From: Candidatus Hermodarchaeota archaeon
Lineage (GTDB): Archaea; Asgardarchaeota; Hermodarchaeia; Hermodarchaeales; Hermodarchaeaceae
Assembly: GCA_016840065.1 (NCBI GenBank)
Contig: JAEOTB010000081.1
Coordinates: forward strand, 1 to 18,262
Reading direction: 5' to 3'
DNA: 18,262 bases
Within the stretch, counting starts at the first letter, position 1. Each line of letters starts with the position of its first letter. The position numbers were made by a program, and so were the translations under genes. Below the pieces are notes generated by a model. It made no database searches and was not told the DNA's origin. It saw nothing but the letters and a program-made list of their open reading frames with translations. Of this stretch, positions 15,850 to 18,262 are shown in pieces.

Positions 15850-16389
15850 TTGAGTGAAGAAGAGTTTAAACAGTTCATTTCACGTTTTGAATTCCGTGAT
15901 GGAGCAGTGATGAACGGACCAGACCGCCATGTTCTTGTCCATGCAAGTTATCTCGTCGGTATTCAGCGTGAAATGGAGGCCGTATTAGGACCAGATGGTG
16001 CCTTTGCAGTAGTCTACAACGCTGCCATTAAAGGCGGCGAGTTCGTCGCAGAGCAACTAGCAAAACAAGCTGGAGCTGCACCCCTAGAGCAAGTAATCAG
16101 AATGATACACAATATCGGCACACTCATTGGCTGGGGCAAGTTCACTGTCACCGAATTTACCGAGAAACCAGTCCTGATGAGAACACGCCACGACAACAGC
16201 TACATTACAGGGCTGTGGACGGGTGCCACCGAAGGCAAATGTCTATTCGTATCCGCAATAGTCGGAATAATCATACCCCTACTAAAGAAAGCGGGACTAG
16301 CCACAGAGCTAGAATACGAAGAATACAAATGCGTCGCAAAAGGCGACCCACACTGCGAATTCGTTGTACGAGAAAGAAAGGAAGAATAA
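15850..16389 (+). CDS. Stand-alone V4R (4-vinyl reductase)/XylR_N-like domain protein
   Basis: IGWGKF, GKCLFV and EYEEYKCVAKGDPHCEFVV match the V4R E-x2-C-x3-G-x3-C-x-F pattern. The AGGTGAT SD favours a TTG start at 15850 over the GTG at 15841, which lies inside the SD. Confidence 0.85.
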   Translation: MSEEEFKQFISRFEFRDGAVMNGPDRHVLVHASYLVGIQREMEAVLGPDGAFAVVYNAAIKGGEFVAEQLAKQAGAAPLEQVIRMIHNIGTLIGWGKFTVTEFTEKPVLMRTRHDNSYITGLWTGATEGKCLFVSAIVGIIIPLLKKAGLATELEYEEYKCVAKGDPHCEFVVRERKEE

Positions 16390-16395
16390 CCTTCT

Positions 16396-16428
16396 AACCT
16401 GTCTTCCATTACTTGGCGAGATCAGGTT
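16396..16428. terminator. Imperfect hairpin between the convergent V4R and uvrC stops
   Basis: AACCTG-TCT-TCCA-ttact-TGG-cg-AGA-t-CAGGTT fills almost the entire 39-nt convergent gap. Confidence 0.35.
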
Positions 16429-18261
16429 TCAGGCTCTTGCAAGATATTCGAGAATCTGTTTGGCAAGCACTCGACCAACAGTAGGTACCGCAGCTACATC
16501 ATCAAGGGACGCCTTCCCTAGTGCTTCTAGGCTACCAAACCGTTTTAGTAGCAGCGTAGCACGGCGGAGACCAACCCCAGGAACATCTGTGAGAATCAAG
16601 TCCAATCCTTTCTTACGTCGAAGTAGACGGTGGTAATTGATGGCATATCGATGCGCTTCATCACGAACTCTTTGAAGCAGCCTCAACCCCTCCCCATCCT
16701 GGGCGAGGTTAAGTGGTTCCTTTTGCCATAGTACATAGACCTGGTCTTGCTCTGGGCGTTCACCCTTCGCCAATCCGATGATGGGAATTTCAGGTGCTTC
16801 AACTGCTTTGAGTGCAGCGTGAGCCATGTTGAGCTGCCCTCGACCACCATCAACAAGGATGAGATCGGGTATGGGGTCACCTTGGGCTAGTACTCGACGG
16901 TAACGACGCTCCACCACTTCACGCATCATGGCAAAATCATCTTGACGAGTTACTTCACGAATCTTAAACCGTCGATAACTCTTCTTCACTGGCAGAGCAT
17001 CCTTGAAGACAACACACACCCCCACTGGCTGTGTACCTTGGAGAGTGGAAATATCAAAACCTTCAATGTGACAGGGTTCTTTTGGTAGCCGGAGATGCTC
17101 CACAAGCTCTTCGAAAGAGTGCTGACGCCGGAGTTCGTCAAGTGCGATGCGCTCAACAAGTTGATGGAGGTGGAACTGGGCGTTTTCGTTAGCCATCCGA
17201 ACAAGGTCTAGCTTGGGTCCTTTCACTGGATGGACAATCTGAACGGTCTTGCTACCTTCTCTTCTTTCACTTAGCCATCGGGATAGGAAGACCTTATCAG
17301 GTATCGACTCAGGGACTAAGATTTCATCTGGTATCTCAGTGGCTCGAATATAGTATTGCTTGATGAATGCTTCTAGCACGGCTCCGTCTGGCTGAGTGGA
17401 GGGTGCTCTAAGAGGAAAGGGTTGCTGTCCAATGATTCGACCAGCTCTTACAACGAGCAACTGGATGAGGGCGTCACCTCCCTTTCTAGCAAGTCCCAAC
17501 ACATCCCTGTGCCCTGGCAGCTTGTTCCAAATCGTCGCTCTCTGTGCTTGCCGTCCCCGCTGAACCGCTCGTAAACGGTCTCGGAAGCGAGCGGCCCTTT
17601 CATACTCTCTCCGCTGGGAGGATAACTCCATCAAATGTGCAAGCTGAACCTCTAACTCATCGTGTCGTCCAGTGAGCATGAGAATGAACTGGTCAACAAG
17701 AGCAACATAATCTTCCTTGGAAATCTTACCTACACAAGGGGCTGGACATTGACCGATATCATACTTTAAGCAGGGTCGTTTGCGTTTACCCAAAACGATA
17801 ACACGGCGGCATGTAGCGATTGGCGTGGTTCGGATAACTGACCTTAGTAGCCCATCGAGAGCTTTTACATTTGCATAAGGGCCAATGTAGCGGCTGCCAT
17901 CGTCGACTATCTTGCGGGTTTTCTCCATGCGAGGATATTCCTCAGCCAGGGTGATGCGTACAAAGGGGAAGCTCTTGTCATCTCGAAACTGAACATTGAA
18001 TCGTGGCTTATACTGTTTGATTAGATTGTTCTCGAGCATCAGAGCCTCCGCTTCATTAGCGGTCACGATAACCTCAAAATCTTCAGTTGCTTGACCAATA
18101 GGAGACACGATCTTGCCCTGAGCTATACCACGAAAGTGCTGGGGAACCCGCTTTATGAGCGATTTAGCCTTCCCAACGTAAATGACCTGTCCTTTTCCAT
18201 CATAGAACATGTAGACGCCAGGCTTGTCCGGCAACTGTTTAAGCTCTTGCTCGAGCTGCAT
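16429..18261 (-). CDS. uvrC: Excinuclease ABC subunit C
   Basis: 610 aa. GIY-YIG domain (LPDKPGVYMFYD...IYVGKAKSL...EALMLENNLIK...PRFNVQFRDDKSFP); Cys cluster (TC...PCLKYDIGQCPAPC); UVR domain (YERAARFRDR); RNase H-like domain (IEGFDIS, DDFAMM, PDLILVDGGRGQL, QRVRDEAHRYA); HhH (VPGVG). The ATG is at the window edge, so a slightly longer N-terminus is possible. Confidence 0.97.
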   Translation of the reverse strand: MQLEQELKQLPDKPGVYMFYDGKGQVIYVGKAKSLIKRVPQHFRGIAQGKIVSPIGQATEDFEVIVTANEAEALMLENNLIKQYKPRFNVQFRDDKSFPFVRITLAEEYPRMEKTRKIVDDGSRYIGPYANVKALDGLLRSVIRTTPIATCRRVIVLGKRKRPCLKYDIGQCPAPCVGKISKEDYVALVDQFILMLTGRHDELEVQLAHLMELSSQRREYERAARFRDRLRAVQRGRQAQRATIWNKLPGHRDVLGLARKGGDALIQLLVVRAGRIIGQQPFPLRAPSTQPDGAVLEAFIKQYYIRATEIPDEILVPESIPDKVFLSRWLSERREGSKTVQIVHPVKGPKLDLVRMANENAQFHLHQLVERIALDELRRQHSFEELVEHLRLPKEPCHIEGFDISTLQGTQPVGVCVVFKDALPVKKSYRRFKIREVTRQDDFAMMREVVERRYRRVLAQGDPIPDLILVDGGRGQLNMAHAALKAVEAPEIPIIGLAKGERPEQDQVYVLWQKEPLNLAQDGEGLRLLQRVRDEAHRYAINYHRLLRRKKGLDLILTDVPGVGLRRATLLLKRFGSLEALGKASLDDVAAVPTVGRVLAKQILEYLARA

Positions 18262-18262
18262 A

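Noticed and set aside
5599-17204. Numerous 60-120 aa alternative-frame ORFs in the track
   Set aside because: Nearly all lie within or opposite well-supported genes, and none shows a recognisable motif or translation signal.
16429-18261. uvrC without uvrA/uvrB
   Set aside because: The gene abuts the window edge, so partners may lie just upstream. uvrC is also often unlinked.

Overview
This is a gene-dense chromosomal window, most likely archaeal. The indicators are GGTGA/GGAGG Shine-Dalgarno sites, BRE/TATA-like promoters, TTG starts, a cytoplasmic multi-PAS kinase with a stand-alone receiver, and a stand-alone V4R protein. An Asgard-type lineage is plausible but is inference only. From left to right it contains: a 3'-truncated membrane pyrophosphatase (hppA, minus strand, missed by the ORF track); a divergently transcribed VAO/PCMH-type flavoprotein plus an HdrD/GlcF-type CCG Fe-S protein; a convergent single-domain response regulator and a 2052-aa histidine kinase (13 PAS + 1 GAF); a LeuB-like/LeuC/LeuD-like trio followed by a YhhN lysoplasmalogenase-family gene; a ZIP metal transporter; a V4R protein; and uvrC. 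No RNA genes, CRISPR arrays or mobile elements were seen. The most notable observations are: (1) block-wise switching of synonymous third positions between A/C and G/T inside genes, with runs of 35 and 42 consecutive A/C-ending codons, roughly mirror-symmetric about the divergent promoter; (2) a flavoprotein with phenol-oxidase signatures paired with an HdrD-like partner rather than a cytochrome c; (3) a receiver gene with no canonical start, implying an ATA start overlapping the kinase TAG or a G6-slippage fusion; (4) a LeuCD-linked dehydrogenase with an NADP-type signature.
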